Shown in pieces: positions 38,855 through 48,576 of a stretch of DNA of 64,000 nucleotides (within the stretch, counting starts at the first letter, position 1; every line of letters begins with the position of its first letter). Position numbers and translations under genes: made by a program. The notes beneath the pieces are model-generated. The model was not told where the DNA came from. It saw nothing but the letters and a program-made list of their open reading frames with translations, and did not search any database. The stretch lies in contig CAWIRK010000002.1 in NCBI GenBank assembly GCA_963838555.1, positions 62,127-126,126 on the forward strand. The letters are read 5' to 3'. Source of the stretch: an uncultured Acidobacteriaceae bacterium (GTDB lineage Bacteria > Acidobacteriota > Terriglobia > Terriglobales > Acidobacteriaceae).

Positions 38855-41800
38855 ATGTTCACTCGTAGGTTGCGGCATCTCTCTGTAGTCGCTCTCGCCG
38901 CCATTGTTGCGCTGGCGTCTCTTTTTTCCGCCAGTCTTCAGGCCCAGAACATCTCGACAGCTGAGCTTCATGGCACAGTGCATGACTCGACCGGTGCCGT
39001 GATTCCCAACGCGACGATCACGATCTCTGACGCTTCCAAGGGTTTCACGCGCACGACGACCAGCGACGGGCAGGGGGAGTATCAGCTTCTTCTTTTGCCG
39101 CCGGGGACCTACGTGTTAACTGTGACGTCCCCAGGCTTTGCAAAGCTGACGCAGAGCAATGTGGTGCTGACAGTGGGAGAGCGCGCCGAGCTGCGGCTTA
39201 CGCTTGCCGTGGGTGGAAGCGAGACGGTCAATGTCACGGCCGGTGCGGACATCATCGAGACGCAGCGCAGCTCGCAGTCGACGACAGTGGACCAGCTTCG
39301 CATCGAGAACCTGCCCACGAACGGACGCAACTACATTGGCTTTACGCTCACCAACTCGCAGATTGCGCGGGATGCGGCGCCTTCGATCGGGGCGATTCCG
39401 ACTTCGGGGCTGAACTTTGGCGGGGTGCGTGCGCGATCGAACTCGATCAACATCGACGGCGCGGATGCGGGGGACTATATCTCCGGCGGCACGCGCACGA
39501 CGGTGTCACAGGATGCGGTGCAGGAGTTCCAGATCATCACGAACGGCTTCGCGGCAGAGTATGGGCGCGCGTCGGGCGGCGTGGTGAACATTGTGACCAA
39601 GTCCGGCACGAACACGACGCATGGGAGCGCGTATGGTTTTCTGCGCAATCGGTACATCCAGGCGACGAATCCGTTTTCGACGGTGTATCAGCCGGCGTAT
39701 ACGCGGGTACAGGCGGGATTTACGATCGGCGGCGCGATTATTCCGAATAAGACATTTTATTTTTTCTCGGCCGAGATCACGCGGCGCCAGGAGACTGGGT
39801 TTTCGGATATTGGCGCGAATAACTTCGGGCTGACGAGTATTGATGTGAGCCGTTTCTTCGGCGCTCCGGCAGGTGCGCTCAAGGTGCAGGGGACACCACA
39901 GCAGCAAGCGTTTCTGCAGAACCCGGCGCTTCCGGCGAACACGCCGGGGATTCAGCAGTACATCTCGCTGGTGGGCTCGGGATCGTCTATTGCCACGACC
40001 GGGCAGAATCCGGCGTTTCTGCAGCCAACCATTGGGGCGAACAGATTTGTCACGTCTGGACAGGTTTTGCCGGCGTCGTTTGTTCCGCTGAATAATTTGA
40101 TTGGTAATTTTCCCATCTCGGAGCGAACGGAGGTCTATTCGCTGCGCATCGATCACAAGCTGACGGCTAACCAACAGCTTGCGCTGCATGGGAGCGCCAG
40201 CCCCAGCTTTATCAGCGGCATTGAAGAGAGTGCCGCGAACCAGAACATTGGCGAAAACTCTTTTTCGCGCACCGCCACGCAGAGTCTCCACGACTGGGCA
40301 ATTTCTGCACAGCACACGCTGGTGATCGGCAACAACAAGATTAATGAGCTGCGGTTCCAATTTGCGCGGCACCCTGTGCTCTTCGCGAACACCAACTCGG
40401 CCGGGGGCGGCAACACGGCGGTGAATATTCCCGGCTTCGCGTACTTCGGCAAGACGCCGTTCTCGGTCGTCAACCGCATCGAAGATCAGAACCAACTGCA
40501 GGATAACTTCACCTACACGCGCGGCGCGCATACGTTCAAGACTGGAATCGATCTTCGCTACATTCCGATCAACATCTTGCAAGGGCAGTTGTACGGCGGC
40601 GGCGATTACAGCTTCGGTTCGCTGAACGGCACAGACGTTTCGTCGTCGCTCGCCGGGCTTCCCGGGTTCTCTCCGATTCAGGCGTATGGTCTTGGGATTC
40701 CGCAGTCGTTTGTTCAGGGCATCGGGAACACGAGCCTGAAATACGATCTGAAGGTGCTGGGCGCGTTTCTGCAGGATAGCTGGCGGGCGAGCAGCAGGAT
40801 CACGCTGAACCTCGGCATCCGCTATGACATTGAGGCGTACCCAACTCGGACTGCGCTGAACACGGCTACCACGAATGCCATGAACGTCTATGGGATCCGC
40901 GAGGGAATTCGGCTGCAGCCATCCAATGTGGCTCCGCGGATCGGGGTTGCGTATGACGTTTTTGGCAACGCGAAGACACTTGTGCGGGCGAACTACGGTT
41001 TGTTCTATGACCGTGCGCCGGGGAATCTCGAGGCGCAGTCGATCGCGTTCAACTCGACGACCGTGCCTCTGGTGATTCTTGCCGGGGGTGCGCCTTGCGC
41101 GGTTAGCGCTCCCACTACGAGTGTCAGCCCGGTGAACTTAAATGCGACGAATACGTTTCAGGGGTCGCTGGGAAATTCCAATTGCCTGGGGGCGAGTGCG
41201 GCGGGGTTGAACTACCTCGCCAACCAGCAGCGTTTCGATCCCAACAATTCGAACTCCTTGTTTGTGAATCAAAATTTTCTTACGGCTGGATTCCCGTTGC
41301 CGATTTTGCCGTCGGGCCTGCCTGCCGACCTTGTTTTCACGACTCCTTATGTGCAGCAGATTTCTTTCGGGATCGAGCAGGATCTCGGCCACGATATGTC
41401 TCTAAACATTGCGTATAACTTGACGGGCGGGCGGCATCTGAATCGTCCTATCAATGTGAACCCGGTCAACCCGCAGCTTTTGATTGCGAACTGGCGCAAT
41501 GCGGTGAACGCCGTGAAGGCCGGGACTGCGGCACCCGGCACAGCGAGCCCAACGTCGAACCCGCTAACGGTTGCGACCGCGAGCGGCGTGAATCCCTGCG
41601 GCGTGGGGCCTACGGGGCCTTATGTTGCTCCGCCGCTGCTGAACTTTTTCCGGCCGTCCGGGCTCAATGTTTCGCTGGCACCCTTTCTTGCGAACCCGGC
41701 GGTTGGGGCTGGGCAGTGCGTTGCTCTTGCCAGCCAGATCGCCTTTGCGGATGGACTTGGCAAGGGGCTTCCGGTTCCCTTCGGCGACATGTCGCCCAAC

Positions 41801-42553
41801 CTGACTTCTGGGACCTCCGGCTATAACGGTCTGAGCGTCAACCTGAAGAAGCGGTTCACTTCGAAGTATGAGTTTCTGGTGAGCTATACGTGGTCGCATG
41901 CGATCGACGACTCGACTGATGTCGTCTCCAACTCGGATGCGCCGCAGAGCAACTTCGCGCCGAACGCCGAGCGCAGCAGTTCTACCTTCGACCAGCGTAG
42001 CCGCTTCGTTGTCTCAGGGGTCTACAACTCGGGCCATATTGGCGGCTCGGGGTTCGTACCTACGGTCTTCTCGGGCTTTACCGTTGCGCCGATCATCGAA
42101 CTTTCTTCGGGGCGTCCGTTCAATATTCTTACGGGCACTGACACCACCTTCGATTTCAATCCGCTGACAGACCGTCCCAATGCGGTAGCCCCGAACAGTG
42201 GACTCACGAGCTGCGGCACGGCTCCTGTGCTTTCGAAATATTCTCCGACCGGGGCGTTCAATTTGCCTTGCTACATCGACGCTCCTGCCAATGCTGGTCC
42301 GGCGAGCAGTTTCTACGCCGGTAATCTCGGCCGTAACTTTGGAGTGAAGCCTTACACGGTCTTTACCGATCTGCGTATTGCACGTCAGTTCACGTTTCCG
42401 CATGAGATCGCGCTGCAGGTGACGGCTGACGTCTTCAATCTGATTAATAAGAACAACACGCTCGATGTGAATCTTCTCTACACCTCGGCCGGAACGCCGA
42501 CGTCGTCGTATGATCCGCGGCAGTTTCAGTTCGGAGCGCGTGTGTCGTTCTAA
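38855..42553 (+). CDS. TonB-dependent receptor, Oar-like
   Basis: GGGGAG RBS; signal peptide; LPTNGRNY; AVQEFQIITNGFAAEYGRASGGVVNIVTKSG; APRIGVAYD; C-terminal PRQFQFGARVSF. Confidence 0.93.
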   Translation: MFTRRLRHLSVVALAAIVALASLFSASLQAQNISTAELHGTVHDSTGAVIPNATITISDASKGFTRTTTSDGQGEYQLLLLPPGTYVLTVTSPGFAKLTQSNVVLTVGERAELRLTLAVGGSETVNVTAGADIIETQRSSQSTTVDQLRIENLPTNGRNYIGFTLTNSQIARDAAPSIGAIPTSGLNFGGVRARSNSINIDGADAGDYISGGTRTTVSQDAVQEFQIITNGFAAEYGRASGGVVNIVTKSGTNTTHGSAYGFLRNRYIQATNPFSTVYQPAYTRVQAGFTIGGAIIPNKTFYFFSAEITRRQETGFSDIGANNFGLTSIDVSRFFGAPAGALKVQGTPQQQAFLQNPALPANTPGIQQYISLVGSGSSIATTGQNPAFLQPTIGANRFVTSGQVLPASFVPLNNLIGNFPISERTEVYSLRIDHKLTANQQLALHGSASPSFISGIEESAANQNIGENSFSRTATQSLHDWAISAQHTLVIGNNKINELRFQFARHPVLFANTNSAGGGNTAVNIPGFAYFGKTPFSVVNRIEDQNQLQDNFTYTRGAHTFKTGIDLRYIPINILQGQLYGGGDYSFGSLNGTDVSSSLAGLPGFSPIQAYGLGIPQSFVQGIGNTSLKYDLKVLGAFLQDSWRASSRITLNLGIRYDIEAYPTRTALNTATTNAMNVYGIREGIRLQPSNVAPRIGVAYDVFGNAKTLVRANYGLFYDRAPGNLEAQSIAFNSTTVPLVILAGGAPCAVSAPTTSVSPVNLNATNTFQGSLGNSNCLGASAAGLNYLANQQRFDPNNSNSLFVNQNFLTAGFPLPILPSGLPADLVFTTPYVQQISFGIEQDLGHDMSLNIAYNLTGGRHLNRPINVNPVNPQLLIANWRNAVNAVKAGTAAPGTASPTSNPLTVATASGVNPCGVGPTGPYVAPPLLNFFRPSGLNVSLAPFLANPAVGAGQCVALASQIAFADGLGKGLPVPFGDMSPNLTSGTSGYNGLSVNLKKRFTSKYEFLVSYTWSHAIDDSTDVVSNSDAPQSNFAPNAERSSSTFDQRSRFVVSGVYNSGHIGGSGFVPTVFSGFTVAPIIELSSGRPFNILTGTDTTFDFNPLTDRPNAVAPNSGLTSCGTAPVLSKYSPTGAFNLPCYIDAPANAGPASSFYAGNLGRNFGVKPYTVFTDLRIARQFTFPHEIALQVTADVFNLINKNNTLDVNLLYTSAGTPTSSYDPRQFQFGARVSF

Positions 42554-42800
42554 CTCTTTAATTCTTTATTAAAGATCATCGCTCGACTCTTAATAAATCA
42601 TCGACCAACCACTGCAACGTCAGTCGTTATCCAGCCGTCTAATTGGGTAGCGTGCGTTGTCGTGTTCCGACCTTGACCCTGAGGGTTACTGCGCAAAATC
42701 CCGCAACATGTCTGCGAGGATCTGTGTTCAAAATAAAAAGTCGCTTGATTTGAGGAAGACTGGTCGAGTGCTTGTTTGAGAGAGTTTGGAAAGGGCCGGA

Positions 42801-43832
42801 ATGAGAAGGATACGCGTCGCTTTGACAGCGTTTGCTGTGTCGGTGCTGGCGATGGGTGGGCTGTGGGCTCGTGCCGATGCGGCGCTGCTGATGGAGGAGC
42901 CTTATGGGGAGTTTGGCGCCTTCAATCCGACGGGTCATGCAGCGATTTATTTGAGCCACATCTGCGCGGAGTCGCCAACGCGGCTGCGGCCCTGTCGTCC
43001 GGGCGAGCCAGGGGCGGTCATCAGCCGATATCACAAGATCGATGGGTACGATTGGCTGGCGATTCCGCTGGTGCCTTATTTGTATGCGGTGGAGCGCGTG
43101 GAGGATGTGCCGTCGATAGCCGATGCGACGCTTGAGGCCAGCCTGCGCGATCGGTACCGGCGTCAGCATCTGTTAACGTTGGCGCCAGACATCGAGGCGG
43201 GGAAAAAGGCGGGTGAGGCTCCGGGCGGCGAGTGGACACAGCTGATCGGCGCGTCGTACGACCGAAGAATCTACGGCTTTCAGATTCAGACCACTGCGGA
43301 CGAGGACGAGCAGTTTATGAACAAGTTCAACGATCACTCAAACGTAGGGCACTTCAACCTGTTGTTTCACAACTGTGCCGATTTTTCGCGGACGCTTTTG
43401 AATGTCTACTACCCCCACGGCGTCCATCGGAATTTCTTCGTGGACTTGGGAATCACGACGCCGAAGCAGGTGGCGCGGTCGTTGACGAAGTACGCCGATC
43501 ATCATCCTGAACTGACGTTTTCCACTTTCATGATTCCGCAGGTGCCGGGCAGCATTAAGCGCAGCCATCCGATCGATGGCGTGATGGAGTCGGTGGTGAA
43601 GTCGAAGAAGTATGTTGTGCCGCTGGCGGTGCTGAATCCGGAGATCACCGCGGGCCTGGTGGTCGCTTACCTGACCGACGGCCGCTTCAAAGCGCCGAAG
43701 GACGCTACGGTCGAGATCATTCCAGGGGAGACGGTCACGAAGGGCGTGGAGTCAGAAACGAGAACAGGCTCAGGCGCGGGTCCCGGAGCGGGCGAGAGCA
43801 GGCGTCCTATGCCGCGCCCGGCTCCGCAGTAG
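42801..43832 (+). CDS. Secreted hypothetical protein with permuted papain-like (His...Asn-Cys) motif order
   Basis: Signal peptide ending ARA; NPTGHAAIYL; FNLLFHNCADF. Confidence 0.65.
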   Translation: MRRIRVALTAFAVSVLAMGGLWARADAALLMEEPYGEFGAFNPTGHAAIYLSHICAESPTRLRPCRPGEPGAVISRYHKIDGYDWLAIPLVPYLYAVERVEDVPSIADATLEASLRDRYRRQHLLTLAPDIEAGKKAGEAPGGEWTQLIGASYDRRIYGFQIQTTADEDEQFMNKFNDHSNVGHFNLLFHNCADFSRTLLNVYYPHGVHRNFFVDLGITTPKQVARSLTKYADHHPELTFSTFMIPQVPGSIKRSHPIDGVMESVVKSKKYVVPLAVLNPEITAGLVVAYLTDGRFKAPKDATVEIIPGETVTKGVESETRTGSGAGPGAGESRRPMPRPAPQ

Positions 43833-43848
43833 TTGACGGTCGCTTTCA

Positions 43849-44448
43849 TCAATCAACCTTGAGGGTGCCGTCGGCGTCCATTACCAGCGAGTCTCCTTCG
43901 ACGAGCAGGGAGTGCAGCTTGAGCGAGTTGAGGGAGAGCGCGTAGCCGGTCGTCTCGGTGGAATGGCTGAGCAGCTGCCGCATCAGGACAGCGGCGTTGA
44001 CCTTCATCTGTGCGGGAAGCTTGTGGCTCATGAATGGTACCAGCAGGAAGTTTAACTCTTTGGAGTCGCTGAGGCGCTCGATCCGTGCATCGCGAAAGCC
44101 GACGCTCTCTTCTTCTGCCTCCGGAATCAGTGACACATCGGTATTGGTAGAGAGGGAGACGCCGATGCAGGTTCCGTGAACCGTAGTGCCGAGCTTCGAT
44201 TTGGAGTGGACGCGGACGAGGATGCGGTCCTGCACAAAGGTTACGTGCGGCGATTCGGCGTAGACATAGCATGGCGAGTTGGCGTCGCCGCGGATGTAAT
44301 AGCGGCCCTGAGGACCGTTGAAGAGTTGTGTCTGGAGTGTGCGTTCGAGGGCCTGGGCCGATACTTTGACTTCGATCGCGGAGGCGGCATGCGTGGCAGA
44401 GAGTAGAAGGGCAAGAGAGAGAAGGAGGCGGACGGACGATCGGTACAT
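43849..44448 (-). CDS. Secreted hypothetical protein
   Basis: Signal peptide ending ASA-IEVKV; beta-rich, two Cys. Confidence 0.65.
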   Translation of the reverse strand: MYRSSVRLLLSLALLLSATHAASAIEVKVSAQALERTLQTQLFNGPQGRYYIRGDANSPCYVYAESPHVTFVQDRILVRVHSKSKLGTTVHGTCIGVSLSTNTDVSLIPEAEEESVGFRDARIERLSDSKELNFLLVPFMSHKLPAQMKVNAAVLMRQLLSHSTETTGYALSLNSLKLHSLLVEGDSLVMDADGTLKVD

Positions 44449-44531
44449 ATTGCTTCTAAGCATAAAGGCAGCCGGAGTTTTCTTTGTGTCGATGAATCTT
44501 TCACTGTGTGGCTGCTAGTCTTGTCTTCACC

Positions 44532-45629
44532 ATGAACAGAAGACTGACTTCGCTCTGTTTCCCGCTTCTTTTCGCGCTGGTCTCTGTGCCCGGAAGCGCC
44601 CAGGGCAAGCGCATGGTGATCATCGATCAGGATGGCGCGGGGCCGGGCGGCACCGACCAGATGGCGATGATGATTCTGCTGCAGTCTACGCAGACTGATG
44701 TGCTGGGCCTCACGATGGTCACTGGGGATGCGTGGGAGCCGGAGGAGGTGCAGCACACCCTTCGCATGCTTGAACTCATTCATCGCACCGACGTCCCGGT
44801 CGTTCCTGGGGCGATCTTTCCGTTGGTCCGCACGCAAGAGGAAACGAAGCTGCAGCAACAGCTCTACGGGAGTTCCAGCTATTACGGGGCCTGGAGCGAC
44901 CTTTCTCCTGGGGAAAAAGATCGCAAACAGTATCACGGTCCGTATGTGGTGCCCAGACTGGTTGAGGGCGAGCCGAGCCTCAAGCCGATACAGGAAGATG
45001 CTGCGCATTTTCTGGTTCGTCAGGTCCAGGCGCATCCTCATGAAGTGACGATCTACGCGGCCGGGCCGTTGACCAACATCGCGCTCGCCCTCTCCGTCGA
45101 TCCTCATTTCGCCGAACTGACCAAAGGCATCGTCATCATGGGCGGCAGCCTGAGTCCGCAGACCAGTGATCCCGAGTTCCGCGCCAATCCGCGACGCGAG
45201 TTCAACTTCTGGTTCGACCCCGAGGCCGCTCACATCACGCTTCGGGCCCACTGGCCGCGCATCGACCTTACCACCGTCGATATTTCCGTCAAGACCGGCT
45301 TTACCAAAGCGATGCTCGATGACATTGCTCGATCGCCGAATCCTGCTGCGAAGTATCTGGCGGCGTACACCAAGGAATTTTCTTACTGCTGGGATGAACT
45401 GGCTGCGGCGGCGTGGCTTGATCCCGCGATCATTACGAAGGAAGAGACGTTGTATGTTGACGTAAATCTCGGGCAGGGGCCGTTCTATGGGGACACGCTC
45501 TCGTGGAGTGCGGAGAATAGACCGGCGCTCGACCTTCAGCCTGTTCACGTTCAGACTGAACTGGATCTACCGCGGTTCAATAAACTCCTGGTCGATCTGA
45601 TGAAGGCGCCGCCGCATCCATCGAAGTAG
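44532..45629 (+). CDS. Nucleoside hydrolase with signal peptide
   Basis: VIIDQDGAGPGGTD; AGPLTNIALA; IMGG; EFNFWFDPEAA; WDELAAA. Confidence 0.9.
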   Translation: MNRRLTSLCFPLLFALVSVPGSAQGKRMVIIDQDGAGPGGTDQMAMMILLQSTQTDVLGLTMVTGDAWEPEEVQHTLRMLELIHRTDVPVVPGAIFPLVRTQEETKLQQQLYGSSSYYGAWSDLSPGEKDRKQYHGPYVVPRLVEGEPSLKPIQEDAAHFLVRQVQAHPHEVTIYAAGPLTNIALALSVDPHFAELTKGIVIMGGSLSPQTSDPEFRANPRREFNFWFDPEAAHITLRAHWPRIDLTTVDISVKTGFTKAMLDDIARSPNPAAKYLAAYTKEFSYCWDELAAAAWLDPAIITKEETLYVDVNLGQGPFYGDTLSWSAENRPALDLQPVHVQTELDLPRFNKLLVDLMKAPPHPSK

Positions 45630-45678
45630 CGATTGGATTCGCATACACTGGAATTCGAACGACAGCGGAGATAAAACT

Positions 45679-46587
45679 TTGGACGTTACCCAACTCAACA
45701 CACACTTCGGTCTTCCCGGTGTCCTTGCATTTCATAGCACGCCCAGCGGACTCATCTATGCGGGCATTACTACGGGGCATGCGACGGCGACGGTCTATCT
45801 GCAAGGAGCGCACCTGACCGCGTGGCAGCCTAAGGGACAACAGCCGGCGATCTTTGTCAGTCGCAAGAGCGAGTTCGCGCCGGGCAAGCCGATTCGTGGT
45901 GGCGTTCCAATTGCCTTTCCGTGGTTTGCTGCGCGACACGACGGCAAGACCGGTCCCTCGCATGGATTTGCCCGCATTCAGGATTGGACGCTCGCCTTCG
46001 CTGCGTTGGCTGGCGATGATCTGCATCTGACCTTCACGCTGGGGCCTACGGAGGTTAGCCGGAATCTTGGTTACGATGACTTCCGGCTTGCGTATCAACT
46101 GACGATTGGGCGCACGCTGACGATGCAACTGACCGTGGCGAACGATGGAGCCGCGCCGCTGGTCTTTGAGGAAGCGCTGCACACGTATTACGCGGTCGCG
46201 GATATTCATGAGGTCACCGTGGACGGGCTCAACGGCGTGACCTACCTGGACAAGAACGACAATTTCCAATCGAAGGTGCAACATGGTGCGATCACGATTT
46301 CAGCGCCGACGGATCGTGTGTATCTGAACACCGCCGGCACCTGCGTTCTTCACGACACCGGCAACAAACGGCGCATTACCGTGGCTAAGACTGGCTCGAA
46401 CACGACGGTAGTTTGGAATCCGTGGGAGTCGGGCGCAGCGAAGTTACCGGATCTGGACCCGACCGAATGGCACGAGTTCATCGCGATCGAAACGGTGAAT
46501 GCTGCGGCGAATGCGGTGACGCTTGCCGCAGGTGCTACGCATGTCATGCAGGCCCGCGTTTCAGTCGAGGGCGCACAACACGAATGA
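45679..46587 (+). CDS. D-hexose-6-phosphate mutarotase (YeaD-like)
   Basis: LQGAHLTAW; IRGGVPIAFPWF; HGFAR; ALHTYY; VVWNPW. Confidence 0.9.
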   Translation: MDVTQLNTHFGLPGVLAFHSTPSGLIYAGITTGHATATVYLQGAHLTAWQPKGQQPAIFVSRKSEFAPGKPIRGGVPIAFPWFAARHDGKTGPSHGFARIQDWTLAFAALAGDDLHLTFTLGPTEVSRNLGYDDFRLAYQLTIGRTLTMQLTVANDGAAPLVFEEALHTYYAVADIHEVTVDGLNGVTYLDKNDNFQSKVQHGAITISAPTDRVYLNTAGTCVLHDTGNKRRITVAKTGSNTTVVWNPWESGAAKLPDLDPTEWHEFIAIETVNAAANAVTLAAGATHVMQARVSVEGAQHE

Positions 46588-46670
46588 TTTTGCCTGATTG
46601 ATAACTCTGCCGCTAGTCTGAAGTGTTGTTCTGGGAGTGTAATTCTGGGATTGTGATTCTTGGGAGTGTA

Positions 46671-47268
46671 ATGCTTATCCTGGCCTCTGCTTCGCCTCGC
46701 CGCCACGAACTTCTTTCGCAGGCCGGCGTTACTTTTACTGCTGTCGCGGCGGGGATCAATGAAGATCTTTTGCCGAATGAAGCTGCTGCCGCGTATGTTC
46801 AGCGGCTTGCCGAGGAGAAGGCGCAGGCAGTCTGGAACGCCCACAGATCCGCGGATACTTCCGATGAGCCAGCTGCTTGTTCTCGGCGCCGATACCTGCG
46901 TGGTTTGCGATGCTCACATATTGGGCAAGCCCACCAGTCCGGCCGATGCGCGCAGGATGCTCGAGCTGCTGAGCGGGCGCACGCACGCTGTCCTGACGGG
47001 CGTTGCTGTTGTTACAGGGCGCAAGATCGTCAGAGATCTGGAGATCACTCAAGTCACCTTCAACTGCATCGATGACGCTGAGATTGAGCAGTACATCGCG
47101 AGTGGCGAACCGCTGGATAAGGCGGGCGCCTACGCCATCCAGGGATACGCGGCGCGGTGGATCCCGCGGATTGAGGGCTGCTACTTCAACGTCATGGGAC
47201 TTCCGATTGCGCTAACGATCGCTTTGCTCGCTGAAGCTCAAGTTGTGTCTGTGCCCGATGGAGCGTAG
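46671..47268 (+). CDS. maf: Maf family nucleotide pyrophosphatase; apparent +1 indel at about 46872
   Basis: [10 protein letters not shown]; LGADT; ILGKP; LSGRTH; [10 protein letters not shown]; NVMGLP. Confidence 0.92.
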
Positions 47269-47286
47269 GTAGTCTTGCGCTTTCGG

Positions 47287-48423
47287 TCACTCTACACTGG
47301 CGATCATTGCTGCGAGCAGCGCGGTTCGCGGGATTAGGTGCTCGATGACGACCGACTCGTGGGCGGCGTGAGCTCCGTCACCGACTGCACCCATCCCATC
47401 AAGCGTCGGCACACCGAGAGCAGCGGTGAAATTGCCGTCGGAGCCGCCACCGGTCGCCGCCTCCTCTAAGGCGAAGCCGAGTTCAGCTGCCAGAGAGCGC
47501 GCTTTTTTGAAGAGGGCGATGGTTCCGGGCTTGCGCTCCATCGGCGGACGGTTGATGCCTCCGGTGATGGAGAGCTTGCAGTGCGGATCGGATACCTTGA
47601 GGCTGCGAAATAATTTTTCCACGTGCGCGGCATCACTCACTTTTGCGATCCGTACATCGACCTCAGTCCAAGCCTGCGAGGGGACTACATTCGACCGTGT
47701 TCCACCGGCGATGACGCCACAATTGACCGTCAATTTTCGCGCTAGATTTGTGAAGCCGGAGATGGTCTGGATTTGTTTGGCGAGCTCAAGAATTGCGGAG
47801 TGACCTTTTTCGAAGTCGACGCCGCTGTGCGCACCAACACCGGTAACCTCCACATGGTAGTTGCCTACCCCCTTGCGGGCGGTCTTGTAAGCGAGGCCTT
47901 GCGCGGGCTCGAGAACAAACACGGCAGCGGACTCCAGGGCGAGCCGTTCTGTAATCGAGCGAGAGATCGGGCTGCCGACCTCTTCGTCACTGTTCAATAG
48001 CAGAGTTACAGGACGGACTGACTTCATTTCACGCAAAGTGTCGAGTGCGGCGAGAGCCATGACGACTCCTGCTTTCATATCGAGTACGCCGGGTCCCCAA
48101 TACCGGCCGTCGGCCTCGCGCCACGGCATCTTCTTCAGTGTCCCGATCGGCCAGACTGTGTCGAGATGTCCGAGGAGGAGTACTGGTCTCTGTTTTGATC
48201 GCGATGGGCCGAAGCGGAGTTCGAGCACGTCGCCGAATTCGCGTTGTCTGTGGCGCTTGGTGCGTGCTCCCTGTCCTCGCGCCAAATGTTCGACGAGGGC
48301 CATCGCAGCGTTAACCGCTTGCCGGTCTTCACTTGGGGATTCCTGCTGGACCAACTCGTGGAGGGTGTCGCGAATCCAACCTTCCTTTTTTTCAGCCTGA
48401 CGAAGGATTGCCTGGGTATCCAT
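47287..48423 (-). CDS. M20 family metallopeptidase (glutamate carboxypeptidase-like)
   Basis: GHLDTV; GPGVLDMKAG; SDEEVGS; GGGSDGN; HAAHE. Confidence 0.9.
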   Translation of the reverse strand: MDTQAILRQAEKKEGWIRDTLHELVQQESPSEDRQAVNAAMALVEHLARGQGARTKRHRQREFGDVLELRFGPSRSKQRPVLLLGHLDTVWPIGTLKKMPWREADGRYWGPGVLDMKAGVVMALAALDTLREMKSVRPVTLLLNSDEEVGSPISRSITERLALESAAVFVLEPAQGLAYKTARKGVGNYHVEVTGVGAHSGVDFEKGHSAILELAKQIQTISGFTNLARKLTVNCGVIAGGTRSNVVPSQAWTEVDVRIAKVSDAAHVEKLFRSLKVSDPHCKLSITGGINRPPMERKPGTIALFKKARSLAAELGFALEEAATGGGSDGNFTAALGVPTLDGMGAVGDGAHAAHESVVIEHLIPRTALLAAMIASVE

Positions 48424-48498
48424 GGATGGGATGTTATAGCAATCAAATGAATTAGTTCCAGTCTTGGCGAGGAAATAAGTAGTCAGTTGCGGGGATAA

Positions 48499-48520
48499 AC
48501 TGTGGCATATTTGCCACAGT
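48499..48520. promoter_or_regulatory. 9-bp perfect inverted repeat in the divergent M20 peptidase / lpxC promoter region
   Basis: ACTGTGGCA-TATT-TGCCACAGT. Confidence 0.5.
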
Positions 48521-48576
48521 GCCCATTTGCTGATCGGCTGTAGGCTTATGGATGGTTTTTTGGAGGATTTCTTTTC

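Noticed and set aside
42565-42600. AT-rich imperfect inverted repeat after the third receptor
   Set aside because: Weak stem; cannot distinguish terminator, binding site or chance
48501-48515. Sigma54 promoter (TGGCA...TTGC)
   Set aside because: GG to GC spacing is 7 nt rather than the required 10
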